Assembly (NCBI GenBank): GCA_017609985.1
Contig: JAFCCW010000008.1
Span: forward strand, 1-47,036
Direction: 5' to 3'
Length of the DNA stretch: 47,036 nt
From: Candidatus Iainarchaeum sp.
Lineage (GTDB): Archaea > Iainarchaeota > Iainarchaeia > Iainarchaeales > JAFCCW01
In this document: positions 1 to 9,733 of the stretch, in pieces
Numbering within the stretch: the first letter of the stretch is position 1
Layout of the letters: each line of letters begins with the position of its first letter
The notes under the pieces: model-generated
What the model saw: only the letters and a program-made list of their open reading frames with translations
Database searches by the model: none
What the model was told of the DNA's origin: nothing
Translations under genes and position numbers: made by a program

Positions 1-1737
1 ATAAAGACTACTACAAACAGCACTTCAATTGAGGACATAAAGCTTCACAAATCTCTTACAATCACTCCTCAGTCTCTTGGAGAAAAAGTTTCCATGCCTG
101 CTGGTACTGACGGCTTTGTAACATATTGTGTTGGAATTGATTCTGCAGAAAAAGGAAACTTGCTCGTAAGCCATGTTCTTGGTTCTGTAGAGCCCTGGGG
201 CAAGATTAGGTTTTACTTAAAGGATGGAAAAATTGGCGAAGTTGAAGACCAACCAGTCCAGCCAACTCAACCGCCCACAACAGGAATAACCACTACTGTG
301 CCTGAACAGCCAACTGTTACTGCTCAACAAAGTTATAGCCCGATAAAATTTACTAACATTATAAAGTTTGATTCAGAAGCAAGTGTCTGGAAAAGCCTTG
401 GTCTTGTCGGAAACAGCTTCCATTTTGAAGCACCTGACAAATTCAGGCTGGAAGTAGAGGATGTCTTGACTGGCGGAAAGAACCAGGTTTATGTTTCAAT
501 TGACAGGGATTGCAGGGAAGAGGGAGAATCTCTTCCAGATTCATCTAATCAGCCTTCTGGTCCAATAGACATAACCACTACAACTGGTGCTTCTCCCGCA
601 GGGTTAATGCCTGGTCCTTCAACTGGGTCTGGAATAACTACTGAAACAGGGCCTCCTTCCACTGGAACTCCTCCAACTACTGTTCCTCCAACAACCACGG
701 TTCCAACTCCAACAGAACCTGTTGTTGACAGTACTGGGGAGCCAGTAAAGGCAACAAGTAGAGAGGAAACTTGTCTTCCAGTTAATCCTATTGTTAATGT
801 CATTGGACCTCCAAAGGGGGGTAATGCCTGCATGTGGGGTTGCTATGAAATGGGCAAGGCGACTGGGTGGGTTCTTTTCGGTTCTTACAGAAGTGGATTT
901 GGGTGCTTTAATATTGGGCTGAACAATGGTTTAGGTCCTTACAATAACTTGAACAAGTGGAAATGGGAAAAGCTTTCAGGAACAAGCTATGATGAAAAAG
1001 CAAACTCTCAGGCTTGCATGGGAAACACAGAGTGCTGGTGCAGGTTTGCAGTAAAGCTTGAGTCAAAGGCAAACCTTGCTGAAGAAGAATTTCCTGAAGA
1101 TGCTGTCTTGTTTGCAGAAGAGTCTCTTTCTATTGGAAAAGTGCTTGGTGCAACATTTGGCTGGATTGCTAGAGAGGCAAAGGAAATTCCGCCTGCATTT
1201 AAGTCAGCTTACAAGGCTGTTAAAGGCTGGTCTAGCACGCAGTATGAAGAGGCAAAAAAAGGTTATTATAATGAATTAAAGGGTGTTGAGTCAGAGGAGT
1301 CACTTCCTGAAGAGAGCAGAGACCTTGATCCAAGCCCGCACACAACTTATGTTGGGACAACGAAAAGTAGTCCTGGACAGCCAGAGTACACGGTTTTCTT
1401 TAAAGAAAATGGCTTTCAGTCTGGAAAGCTTTATCCTGTTCCAATAGAGTCAGAATCAACCAAAGAGTTTTATTGGGAGATTCAAAGTATTGACGAAATT
1501 GAAGCAAAAGAGCTTTATGGCTCTAATACTTTTTATGTCTGCCAGAGGAACGAGGCAGGCCAATTAATTGGATATGACAAGACAACTATTAATTTCAAGT
1601 CTCTTTCACAAAACTGCGAATCCTGCCGTTCTGTTACCCAGTGCCTTGCTTGCATTGACTTGCAGAAATTCATTCCAGGGGTCTATAAGAGTTCTGACTC
1701 ACTGCCAGAGCCTTCTGATTCTGAAGTCAGAAACTGA
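1..1737 (+). CDS. C-terminal part of a large, probably extracellular protein with Pro/Thr-rich linkers and Cys-rich segments (5' truncated)
   Basis: Frame is open from base 1 (IKTTTNSTSIED...) to the TGA ending at 1737. Contains P/T-rich tracts (PPSTGTPPTTVPPTTTVPTPT) and a C-terminal CESCRSVTQCLAC. No family recognised. Confidence 0.75.
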   Translation: MKTTTNSTSIEDIKLHKSLTITPQSLGEKVSMPAGTDGFVTYCVGIDSAEKGNLLVSHVLGSVEPWGKIRFYLKDGKIGEVEDQPVQPTQPPTTGITTTVPEQPTVTAQQSYSPIKFTNIIKFDSEASVWKSLGLVGNSFHFEAPDKFRLEVEDVLTGGKNQVYVSIDRDCREEGESLPDSSNQPSGPIDITTTTGASPAGLMPGPSTGSGITTETGPPSTGTPPTTVPPTTTVPTPTEPVVDSTGEPVKATSREETCLPVNPIVNVIGPPKGGNACMWGCYEMGKATGWVLFGSYRSGFGCFNIGLNNGLGPYNNLNKWKWEKLSGTSYDEKANSQACMGNTECWCRFAVKLESKANLAEEEFPEDAVLFAEESLSIGKVLGATFGWIAREAKEIPPAFKSAYKAVKGWSSTQYEEAKKGYYNELKGVESEESLPEESRDLDPSPHTTYVGTTKSSPGQPEYTVFFKENGFQSGKLYPVPIESESTKEFYWEIQSIDEIEAKELYGSNTFYVCQRNEAGQLIGYDKTTINFKSLSQNCESCRSVTQCLACIDLQKFIPGVYKSSDSLPEPSDSEVRN

Positions 1738-1847
1738 TTTTCTTGGTTTGACTGCCTTAACTTCTTTCAGTTAAGTTTAAATACTCTGAGCACACCATTA
1801 TGTACGCAATTCACATTAAAGAGTTAATTGCGAAGGGGTTTTTGGTT

Positions 1848-2414
1848 ATGCATTTGAACAAGCTATGTGCATTGTTTGCAGGGTTTCTGTTTGTATTCAG
1901 CTTTGCGTCTGCAGCTTCTGTAGAGGTTCCTTCTGATGTTTATTTTTTTGAGAAGCCAACTGCTTTTCCTGTTGAAATAGTGAATGATTCTCCTGTGAGA
2001 AAAAGTCTTTCAGTTGAGTTTTTTGCTCCAGTTGACTTTGAGTATATTGACTCTCCATCCTCACTTCCTGGTGACAGTGAACAGCGCGTTGCCCTTGTTC
2101 TTTATCCAAAGAGTTCTTTTACTGGAAGTTCTTATCTTTCAACTCTTGTTGTTAAGCTTGGAGACAAGACTTTTGTTAAGTCTGTAAAGCTTCATTTCAA
2201 TGAAAAGAAGGAACAGGAACAAGGTAATGAAGGCACTGAAGGCAATGGGGATGAAGAAGATGAAGAAGACAGCTTGCTTACAGGCTTTTTCTCGTTTTTT
2301 GCATTTGATTTTCTTGGATTTGAACTATTGCTTGACATTTTGCTTGTCATTCTGGCTTCAATCCTGTTAATAGCTTTTATTTCTAGATACTCTAAGAGGG
2401 TGGTTCAAAGATGA
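1848..2414 (+). CDS. Small membrane-anchored surface protein with one Ig-like (NEW3/CARDB-like) domain
   Basis: ATG 1848 follows GAAGGGG. Signal peptide (MHLNKLCALFAGFLFVFSFASA), beta-rich domain (V.I.N...SL.G), acidic linker, LLTGFF, TM helix, basic tail. Confidence 0.75.
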   Translation: MHLNKLCALFAGFLFVFSFASAASVEVPSDVYFFEKPTAFPVEIVNDSPVRKSLSVEFFAPVDFEYIDSPSSLPGDSEQRVALVLYPKSSFTGSSYLSTLVVKLGDKTFVKSVKLHFNEKKEQEQGNEGTEGNGDEEDEEDSLLTGFFSFFAFDFLGFELLLDILLVILASILLIAFISRYSKRVVQR

Positions 2415-4429
2415 AGCGATTTTTAATGATTTTTTTAGCAGTTTTCCTGCTTTCAACAGCTTTTGCTCAGAGCTTTGACTTGCTTTCCTATCCTGAGTCA
2501 GTTGATGTTTATCCCGGCGAATACAGCCTTTTTGCTGTTGGAGCTTACAATAATACTTCGAACACAGGCATTGTTTCCATTGATTCAGTTTCTGGGGATT
2601 CACGCTTTACTGTGGTTCCTTTTCCTGAATCAGCCAGCCTTGCAGCACACGGAGACGCAGTTTTCTTTATTGGTTTCAATGTTCCTTCTGACATGCCTGA
2701 GGGGCAGTACACTATTTCAGTTGATTTTTCTTTCAATAGTGAGTCAAAGTCAATTTCTCTCCCTGTTCATGTCCTAAAACCAGATATTGTAATCGAGTCT
2801 GAAACAGATGATGTTTCACTGTTGAGAAATGGTTCTGTTGGAATCCCGTTCACTGTTGAGAACAAGTCTGATTCTGTTCAGTGCATTGATTTTTCTTCTT
2901 TTTCTGACGAGTACTCTATTTCAACAAATGTTTCAAGGGAACAGCTTTGTTTGAACAAGGGAGAAAAAACAACTGTTACTCTCGCAATCGTGACTTATTT
3001 TTCTCCGGTTGGAATTTTTGATGTTTCTCTCACAGCAAACTATGCTGGAGAGCAGGTTTCAAAGAATATTGTTGTAAAGGTAACCGGCAAAGAAGTTGAG
3101 TTTGTTCCGTCTGGACCGCTTGTCTGCGCTGGTTCAACTCACACAACCGATATTCTTGTAAAAAACAATACTAACAGGGCAAAGCATGTTCTTCTAAGAG
3201 CTGACAACGAGCTTTTTCTGCCTTCTTTTACTCAGACAACTGTTGAATTAGCTCCTTTCAGTGAGCGATATGTTCAACTAGAATTTTATGTTCCAAGCAA
3301 AATTGAAGCAGGAAATTATGCTATTTCAATTTTTGCTGATTCAGGTTCTTCAACCTATGCGGATGAATTAGATGTTGAAGTAGAGCACTGCGGTGTTTCT
3401 CCAGCTAATTCATTTTCTCTCTCACTGTCTTCAGCTGGGTGCATTTCAATTGACAAAAATCATTCTTCAAAAATTTATTTCCAAATTTCAAACAATCTTG
3501 ACGAAGTGCAGGAAGTTCATGTTTCCGTTGACTCTGATTTGCCAACCACTGTTCCTGGAAGCTTTTCACTTCAGCCAAATGAAACAAAATACTGCAGTTT
3601 TGATGTTAATGCAAGACTTGACGATGATGTCGGCAATCATTCCGTAAGTGTTTATGCTTGGAATGAGCGAAAGTCTGTTGTTGCAGACCAGTGCATTATT
3701 GTAAGAAAGCTAAGACAATCCAATGCAAGCCTTGTTTCAGATAATTTTATTGAAATTGAACAGGGTTCTATGGGAATTTATATTTTCAGAATTGAGAACC
3801 ACGGAGACTATGATGATGACTTCAATCTCTCTGTGTCAAAAAGACCAAGAAAGGGAGAGTCTGTAAGGTTCTCAAGGTCTGATTTTGAAGTCGAACAGGA
3901 TGAGACAGCTGACGTGTATGTGAGTGTTTCAATTCCTTGCGATATGAACATCGGAGACTATGATTTAAATATTCTTGTCAAGAGAAACAATCGCGTAATC
4001 TTGAGAAAGAATCTTTCATTCACAAACAATTCTGGTGAAGAGATTAATGGTTTAAGGCTTGCGCTTCTTTATCTTCCCAGTGGAGTAAAGATTTCTCCTA
4101 ACAGGTTTGATCTTGGAGCAGGGGAAATAGTCAATATTTCCGGGAAGATTTCAGCAGAGCACGATGTTCTTGAAGGAGAGTACTCTGGAAAAATCGAGCT
4201 TTTTGCTGGAGATGTCAGGACAATTTCTGACATCAGTGTTTACGTTAACTATCCTGAATCAGGGAAAGAAAATGAACAAGATGAAGAACAAGGCTTTTTC
4301 GGAATCGCGGGCTTGTTTTCTTTGGGAACAGGCTTTCTAATCGGGCTTGTTGTGCTTCTTTTGATTGCATTGCTTCTTGTGGGTTCAGGAAATAATTCAA
4401 AAAATGAAATAGAATGGCTGGGACGGTGA
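2411..4429 (+). CDS. Multi-Ig-domain (NEW3/CARDB-like) cell-surface protein
   Basis: ATGA overlap with the previous gene. Signal peptide, repeated 'V.N...L.P.E...V' beta-sandwich units, many N-x-S/T sequons, acidic linker and C-terminal TM. Confidence 0.8.
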   Translation: MKRFLMIFLAVFLLSTAFAQSFDLLSYPESVDVYPGEYSLFAVGAYNNTSNTGIVSIDSVSGDSRFTVVPFPESASLAAHGDAVFFIGFNVPSDMPEGQYTISVDFSFNSESKSISLPVHVLKPDIVIESETDDVSLLRNGSVGIPFTVENKSDSVQCIDFSSFSDEYSISTNVSREQLCLNKGEKTTVTLAIVTYFSPVGIFDVSLTANYAGEQVSKNIVVKVTGKEVEFVPSGPLVCAGSTHTTDILVKNNTNRAKHVLLRADNELFLPSFTQTTVELAPFSERYVQLEFYVPSKIEAGNYAISIFADSGSSTYADELDVEVEHCGVSPANSFSLSLSSAGCISIDKNHSSKIYFQISNNLDEVQEVHVSVDSDLPTTVPGSFSLQPNETKYCSFDVNARLDDDVGNHSVSVYAWNERKSVVADQCIIVRKLRQSNASLVSDNFIEIEQGSMGIYIFRIENHGDYDDDFNLSVSKRPRKGESVRFSRSDFEVEQDETADVYVSVSIPCDMNIGDYDLNILVKRNNRVILRKNLSFTNNSGEEINGLRLALLYLPSGVKISPNRFDLGAGEIVNISGKISAEHDVLEGEYSGKIELFAGDVRTISDISVYVNYPESGKENEQDEEQGFFGIAGLFSLGTGFLIGLVVLLLIALLLVGSGNNSKNEIEWLGR

Positions 4430-6564
4430 TGGTTTTGAAGAAAATAGTTTTTGTATTGTTTGCCCTGCTTCTTGCAGGAGCTAGTTTTGCTGTTGAATTC
4501 AACGGCTCTTTTGAGGTGGAGTGTAGCTGCCTTGGGCCAAAGCAAGAAACATATGCTTTGGTTAACGATTCTGATAAAACACAAACATTTTTCATTTCCG
4601 CAGAGGGAGAGAACTCTGAATGGATTAACATGAATGGACAGTGGATTAGTGAAGATCCAATAATCGTTACACTCTCTGCTGGAGAATCAGAAAACTTTTA
4701 TGCATTTATTCGTCCAAAAGGATGCTATGTTGTTCCAGGCATGTATGAGTTTACAATAAATGTAAAAAATGGAGAAACTCTTTCAAAGACAATGAAGGTA
4801 AGGGTTCTTGAAACAAGAGCTTTGAGTCTTAAAATCTCAAAAGACGATAATGTTTCAGGGCAGTGCCTGCCACAGAGTTTTGAATTAGAGGTTTCAAACA
4901 ACAGTGTGCAGGATGAGTATGTTTCTCTTGACATTGACGGGCTTCCAAAGGAATGGATAAAGCTCAGTAGCGAAAGATTTATGGTAAACAAAAATTCTTC
5001 AAGAACTGCTGTTTTACAGGTTCAGGCCCCGTGCGGACAGGAAGCTGGCGCTTACAGATTTGAAGTAACTGCTTCAATGGAGGGAACACCCTACACTGTA
5101 ACTAAAAGCTCTGAATTTGAAATTCTCGATGTTCAGGAAATTTCCTTAACTGTTGCTGACGTTGAAGCTTGCAGAGAAGAAAATATTTCTTACGAGTTTG
5201 AACTCACTAACTCTGGCGGGCTTTCAGACGAGCTTGAGATAAAATTGTTTGGCCCAAGCTGGATTTCAATTGAAGAAAACAAGATTTCAATTTCAGGAAA
5301 TTCTTCTGAAAAGTTTGTTTTGAATATTGCTGAAAACATTTCTGCACAGGAAGAAATTCCTGTAAAGATTGTTGTTTCTTCAAAAAAATACAACAAAGAA
5401 TATGAAGAAGACCTCATAGTCTTCCTGAAAGACTGTTACAATCTTGTTGCTGAGGGAATTCAGACGCCTGAAAAAGGATGTGTTGAAGAAAATCCTGTTT
5501 TCAAGGTCAAGTTTTCAAATGACTCTCTTAAAGAGGTTTCAGCAGATTTGAAGGTTGAGGGAATTCTCGCAGACCTTTCAAAGCAGTCAATTTCTCTTGC
5601 TCCAAATTCAGAGCAGATAGTTGACGTAACTGTTGATTTTGAAGGGGAAATTGGAAACAAAAGATTCAATCTTTTGGTTGACGGAGAATTTTTTGACGCT
5701 CTTTACGGTTTCAATATTTCTTCAGAAAACTGCTATGATATTTCAGTGGATTATGCAAAACTTGTGAATTCAATTGACCTTAACGCTGGAGAGTCAAAGA
5801 GTTTCAGTATCTCTGTTCTTAACTCTGGAACAAGAGAACAGACTGCTAGTGTAACTTTCACAGGTCTTGACTGGGTTTATGCTTCTCCAAGGTCTCTTTC
5901 ATTAGTTCCTGGGGAAATAAAGCAGGTTTATGTTTTTGTGAACCCGCTTTGTGACCTTGAAGAAGGAAACTATCAGGCTCTCGCAAGCGTGTTCGGAAGA
6001 GACCATGAAAGTTCTCAGCTTGTAAACTTCAATGTCTACAGCTCTCTTCCATATCTTCTTGAAGGAATAGAGATTGGCGCTGACTCTGAAGCAGAATCTT
6101 TGCTTAGCGAAACAGAGCATTCAGCTGAAGTAAGCATTTTCCTGAGCAATGACTCAAACTCTTTTGTGAGAGTAAACAATGTTCAGGCTGTTGACTTCAA
6201 TGCAGTTGTTGTTCTTGACAAAAAGCTTCTTGCTCCTGGCGAGTCAACTTCTGGAAAAGTAACACTTTATCTTGGAACAGATGTTTCAGAAAAGCGTTTC
6301 CCCGTCACTCTTGAAATAAATACTGACAAGGGAACTCTGAACAAGATTGTAATTGTTGACCTTTCAGAAGCAGAGGCAAAATCTCCTTTAACAGGATATG
6401 CGCTTCTTGAAACAGGAAAAACAATTGCTATTGTTCTTTTAGTAATCCTATTGCTTGCTCTTCTAGCCTATCTTAACAAGGACAAGATAGCAGAAAAAGA
6501 TTTAAAGAAAACAATAGAGACTAAAAAGGCAAGCACAAAAAAGAAAACTAGGGGCAAGAAATAG
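4429..6564 (+). CDS. Multi-Ig-domain (NEW3/CARDB-like) cell-surface protein
   Basis: TGATG stop/start overlap at 4427-4431. Signal peptide, ~6 Ig-like repeats (e.g. LSAGES, LAPNSE, LVPGEI, LAPGES), SPLTGY, TM and Lys-rich tail. Confidence 0.8.
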   Translation: MVLKKIVFVLFALLLAGASFAVEFNGSFEVECSCLGPKQETYALVNDSDKTQTFFISAEGENSEWINMNGQWISEDPIIVTLSAGESENFYAFIRPKGCYVVPGMYEFTINVKNGETLSKTMKVRVLETRALSLKISKDDNVSGQCLPQSFELEVSNNSVQDEYVSLDIDGLPKEWIKLSSERFMVNKNSSRTAVLQVQAPCGQEAGAYRFEVTASMEGTPYTVTKSSEFEILDVQEISLTVADVEACREENISYEFELTNSGGLSDELEIKLFGPSWISIEENKISISGNSSEKFVLNIAENISAQEEIPVKIVVSSKKYNKEYEEDLIVFLKDCYNLVAEGIQTPEKGCVEENPVFKVKFSNDSLKEVSADLKVEGILADLSKQSISLAPNSEQIVDVTVDFEGEIGNKRFNLLVDGEFFDALYGFNISSENCYDISVDYAKLVNSIDLNAGESKSFSISVLNSGTREQTASVTFTGLDWVYASPRSLSLVPGEIKQVYVFVNPLCDLEEGNYQALASVFGRDHESSQLVNFNVYSSLPYLLEGIEIGADSEAESLLSETEHSAEVSIFLSNDSNSFVRVNNVQAVDFNAVVVLDKKLLAPGESTSGKVTLYLGTDVSEKRFPVTLEINTDKGTLNKIVIVDLSEAEAKSPLTGYALLETGKTIAIVLLVILLLALLAYLNKDKIAEKDLKKTIETKKASTKKKTRGKK

Positions 6565-6567
6565 CTC

Positions 6568-6640
6568 CTTTTTCTTTCATATTTTTTTCTTTTTTTAATT
6601 TTATTTTTTTTTTGGATTTTTTTATTTTTTCTATTTGTTT
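6568..6640 (+). terminator. Long oligo-T tract, probable archaeal terminator
   Basis: ~70 nt of mostly T directly after the stop of the surface-protein operon, between convergent genes. Confidence 0.6.
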
Positions 6641-6651
6641 CTAGACTTTCT

Positions 6652-7209
6652 TCATCTCTTTTTTGCTACTGCTTCCAGCAGGTCTGACTTGGAAATTATT
6701 CCGCAGATTTTTCCATTTTCAGTCACAAGAACTGCTTGGCTGTAGTTCAGCATCTGGCTTAAAAGTGTAATTGGTGTGTTGCCTGGGAGAGTCGGCAGTG
6801 CTTCGTCCATGACATTCGCTACTTTAGTGTCTGAAATATCTTCAAAAGAGATTATTTTTTCCAGAAGACTTTTTTCACTCACGTTTCCAACGCATGATTT
6901 GTTTTCAATTACTGGGAGTTGTGAAACACTGTTTTTTCCCATTAACGTGATTGCTTTTTTTACTGGGTCTTCTCTCTTAACGGAAATAATTTTTCTGCTT
7001 TGAATATCTGATGCCTTGACAACATTTTCTTGCTCGAGCTTGTTAAGTGTATCAAAAAGCTTTTTTGCATTAAGATAGCTTGGGATAGTCTGTTGGCTTT
7101 CGATTTTTGCTATTAGGCTCTGGGAAACTCCTGTTATTGAAGCAAGGTCGCTTTGCGTTAAGTTAAATCTTTTTCTTCTAAGTCTTATTTCTTTTAGGTC
7201 TGGAAGCAT
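6652..7209 (-). CDS. XRE-type HTH transcriptional regulator with a C-terminal CBS pair (COG3620-like)
   Basis: N-terminal IRLRRKRFNLTQSDLASITGVSQSLIAKIE helix-turn-helix and two CBS motifs (SQLPV...GNVSEKSL; AVLV...GIISKSDL). Start taken at MLPDL. Confidence 0.9.
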   Translation of the reverse strand: MLPDLKEIRLRRKRFNLTQSDLASITGVSQSLIAKIESQQTIPSYLNAKKLFDTLNKLEQENVVKASDIQSRKIISVKREDPVKKAITLMGKNSVSQLPVIENKSCVGNVSEKSLLEKIISFEDISDTKVANVMDEALPTLPGNTPITLLSQMLNYSQAVLVTENGKICGIISKSDLLEAVAKKR

Positions 7210-7303
7210 ATTATAAAGAAACATAAAAAAGCTTTTATTCTTTATTCTTATCTGAATATTTCTTTCACAAATTATTAATAAATTGTCTTGATTCTTTTAC
7301 TTA

Positions 7304-8494
7304 ATGCGTCGCACTTTTGAAGAGGTTAACAAGAAAATTTCCGAGAAAAAAGCAGTAGTTGTTACTGCTGAGGAAGTCATTGAACGCGTTAAAAAAGACG
7401 GCAAGGAAAAGGTTCTTGAAGAGGTTGATGTTGTTACAACAGCCACGTTTGGAAGCATGTGTTCTTCCGGAGCCTTCATTAACACTGGGCATTTTGCTCC
7501 AAAGATGAGAATTCAGAAAGCCTGGCTTAATGGTGTTCAGGCTTATGCTGGAATTGCCGCAGTAGATCTTTTTATTGGGGCAACTGAGCTCAGGGAAAAC
7601 GATCCTCTTAATTCTTCTTATCCTGGAAATTTTTCTTATGGCGGGGGGCACGTAATTGAAGATCTTGTTGCAGGAAAGGAGGTTGAAATGAATGCTGTTT
7701 CTTACGGAACTGATTGTTATCCTTGTAAGGAGCTTTCAAAGAAAATTTCTCTCAAAAATTTAAGGAATGCTGTGCTGTGCAATCCGCGTAATGCTTATCA
7801 AAACTACAATGTTGCAGTGAACAAGAGCAAGAAAACAATTTACACTTATATGGGAAAGCTTCTTCCAAACCTGGGCAATGCAAACTATAGTTCTGCGGGG
7901 CAGCTATCTCCCCTGCTAAATGATCCGCTCTATGAAGTTATTGGAATCGGAACAAGAGTCTGGCTTGCTGGTGCGCAGGGCCATGTGTTCTGGCAGGGCA
8001 CTCAGCATGCGCCTGATGCTGAACGCACCCCTAACAGTGTTCCAAAAGAGGGCGCTGGGACTCTTGCTCTTGTCGGGAACTTGAAGGAAATGAATTCAAG
8101 ATATATTCGCGGAACATCTTTCACTGGCTATGGTGCAAGCATGGCTCTTGGCATCGGAGTTCCAATCCCGCTCCTTAACGAGCGCGTTCTTGACTTTGTC
8201 TCTGTTTCTAATAGTGAAATTTTTGCTCCAGTTATTGACTACAGTTCTGATTATCCTTCTGCTAATGAGAAATCTCTCGCAAGCGTTAGCTATGCTGAAC
8301 TAAGAAGTGGCGAAATAGAAGTATGCGGAAAAAAGATTTCAACTGGGAGTCTTTCATCTTATTCAATGGCGAGGGAAATTGCCAGCCTGCTGAAGCAGGA
8401 TATTGAAGAAGGAAAATTTCTTCTCGCAGAAGCAGTTCAAAAACTTCCCTCTGCTAGCAATCAAAAAAAACCAGGAAGTGAAAAAGATGCCTAA
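7304..8494 (+). CDS. L-aspartate semialdehyde sulfurtransferase (DUF39/COG1900 homocysteine biosynthesis protein, MA1821/MJ0100 family), no fused CBS domains
   Basis: Family motifs VDVVTTATFGSMCSSG, YGGGHVIEDL, TDCYP, NPRNAYQNY, YTYMG, GQLSPLLNDP, IGIGTR. Confidence 0.9.
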   Translation: MRRTFEEVNKKISEKKAVVVTAEEVIERVKKDGKEKVLEEVDVVTTATFGSMCSSGAFINTGHFAPKMRIQKAWLNGVQAYAGIAAVDLFIGATELRENDPLNSSYPGNFSYGGGHVIEDLVAGKEVEMNAVSYGTDCYPCKELSKKISLKNLRNAVLCNPRNAYQNYNVAVNKSKKTIYTYMGKLLPNLGNANYSSAGQLSPLLNDPLYEVIGIGTRVWLAGAQGHVFWQGTQHAPDAERTPNSVPKEGAGTLALVGNLKEMNSRYIRGTSFTGYGASMALGIGVPIPLLNERVLDFVSVSNSEIFAPVIDYSSDYPSANEKSLASVSYAELRSGEIEVCGKKISTGSLSSYSMAREIASLLKQDIEEGKFLLAEAVQKLPSASNQKKPGSEKDA

Positions 8495-8894
8495 TCCCAG
8501 CAAAAAAATAATTCTTTATTTTCCATCAGAATTTGTAGAGCGTCCGCTTACAAACGAGATAATTCAAAAATTTGGATTGATTGTTAACATTTTTAGTGCA
8601 AGCATTTCTTCGGACGAGCGCGGATTTCTTGGCATAGAACTTTCAGGTAATGCTGACAAAATTTCTGAAGCTGTTGATTTTATTAAAAGCCAGGGCATTG
8701 AAGTAAAGCCTCTTGGAAGCAGAATTTCAAGGGATGAAAAAAAATGTGTTAACTGCGGAGTATGCATTTCAATCTGCCCTGTCAATGCAATTTATCAAAA
8801 AGATTTTGAAATATTTTTTGACTCGGAAAAGTGCATTGCCTGCGGTTCCTGCATTGAGTCATGCCCTTTTAAAGCAATCTTTTCAGGTGAGTAA
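8487..8894 (+). CDS. NIL domain plus 2x[4Fe-4S] ferredoxin (sulfurtransferase Fe-S partner, MA1822-like)
   Basis: NIL-like N-terminus (PLTNEIIQKFGLIVNIFSA), CVNCGVCISICP and CIACGSCIESCP. ATG 8487 overlaps the upstream stop. Confidence 0.9.
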   Translation: MPNPSKKIILYFPSEFVERPLTNEIIQKFGLIVNIFSASISSDERGFLGIELSGNADKISEAVDFIKSQGIEVKPLGSRISRDEKKCVNCGVCISICPVNAIYQKDFEIFFDSEKCIACGSCIESCPFKAIFSGE

Positions 8895-8895
8895 A

Positions 8896-9666
8896 ATGCA
8901 TTCTTCTTTTTTTGAATTAAAGGGAACAAGTGTCAAGGTTTTGTCTGAAGGTAAAAAATTCTGTGAAGCAGGAATTGATGAATTCATCAAACAAAGAAAT
9001 ATTCTTGAAGAATTTGTTTCTGTTCACCCTCTCTTTGCAGAATCTCTTCTCCCTGTTACCCAGTCATCCGGGGCTCCTGAGTCTGCAAAGCGAATGCACT
9101 CTGCTTCTGTTTTAGCGGGAGTCGGGCCAATGGCTGCTGTTGCTGGAACAATTGCTCAGATTGTTGCTGAGAAAATGGTTTCTCTTGGGGCAGAGACAGC
9201 AATAGTTGACAACGGAGGAGATGTTTTTGCAGTTTCCAAAAAATCAGTTAATACAGGAATTTTTTCTGGTTTCTCTGAAAAAAGTTATTCTTTGGAATTG
9301 CCTGTTTCCTTGCTTCCGAGTTCAATCTGTTCTTCGTCCTCCTGTTTTGGACATTCTTTCTCTTTTGGAAATTGCAGTCTTGCGACTGTTCTTGCCAGCA
9401 ATGCTTCTGTGGCAGATGCTTTTGCTACTGGATTATGTAACAAAATTTGTTCGGAGTCTGACATCAGCAAGTCTCTTGAATGGGCTTGCTCTTTCCCTGA
9501 AGTCACGGGTGCAATAGTTGTTTTTGAAAAAAAGCTTTTTACTCAGGGGAATGTTCCAAAAATAAGTTCTTCCAATTCCAAATTAGTTGCTTCAAAGATT
9601 ACAAAACCAAGCTATTCTGATTGGAATATTTCTTTCAACCCCAATTACTATTTAACCTTTTGCTGA
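8896..9666 (+). CDS. UPF0280/ApbE-like protein (COG2122, sulfide assimilation)
   Basis: VGPMAAVAGTIA, DNGGD, SS..GHSFSFG, ADAFAT..CN motifs. AGGTGA RBS upstream of ATG 8896. Confidence 0.9.
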   Translation: MHSSFFELKGTSVKVLSEGKKFCEAGIDEFIKQRNILEEFVSVHPLFAESLLPVTQSSGAPESAKRMHSASVLAGVGPMAAVAGTIAQIVAEKMVSLGAETAIVDNGGDVFAVSKKSVNTGIFSGFSEKSYSLELPVSLLPSSICSSSSCFGHSFSFGNCSLATVLASNASVADAFATGLCNKICSESDISKSLEWACSFPEVTGAIVVFEKKLFTQGNVPKISSSNSKLVASKITKPSYSDWNISFNPNYYLTFC

Positions 9667-9733
9667 AACAATTTTCTAGAATATCAGAAACTATCTGAAT
9701 ATATTTCAAAAAAACAAATCTAAAAACAATTTA

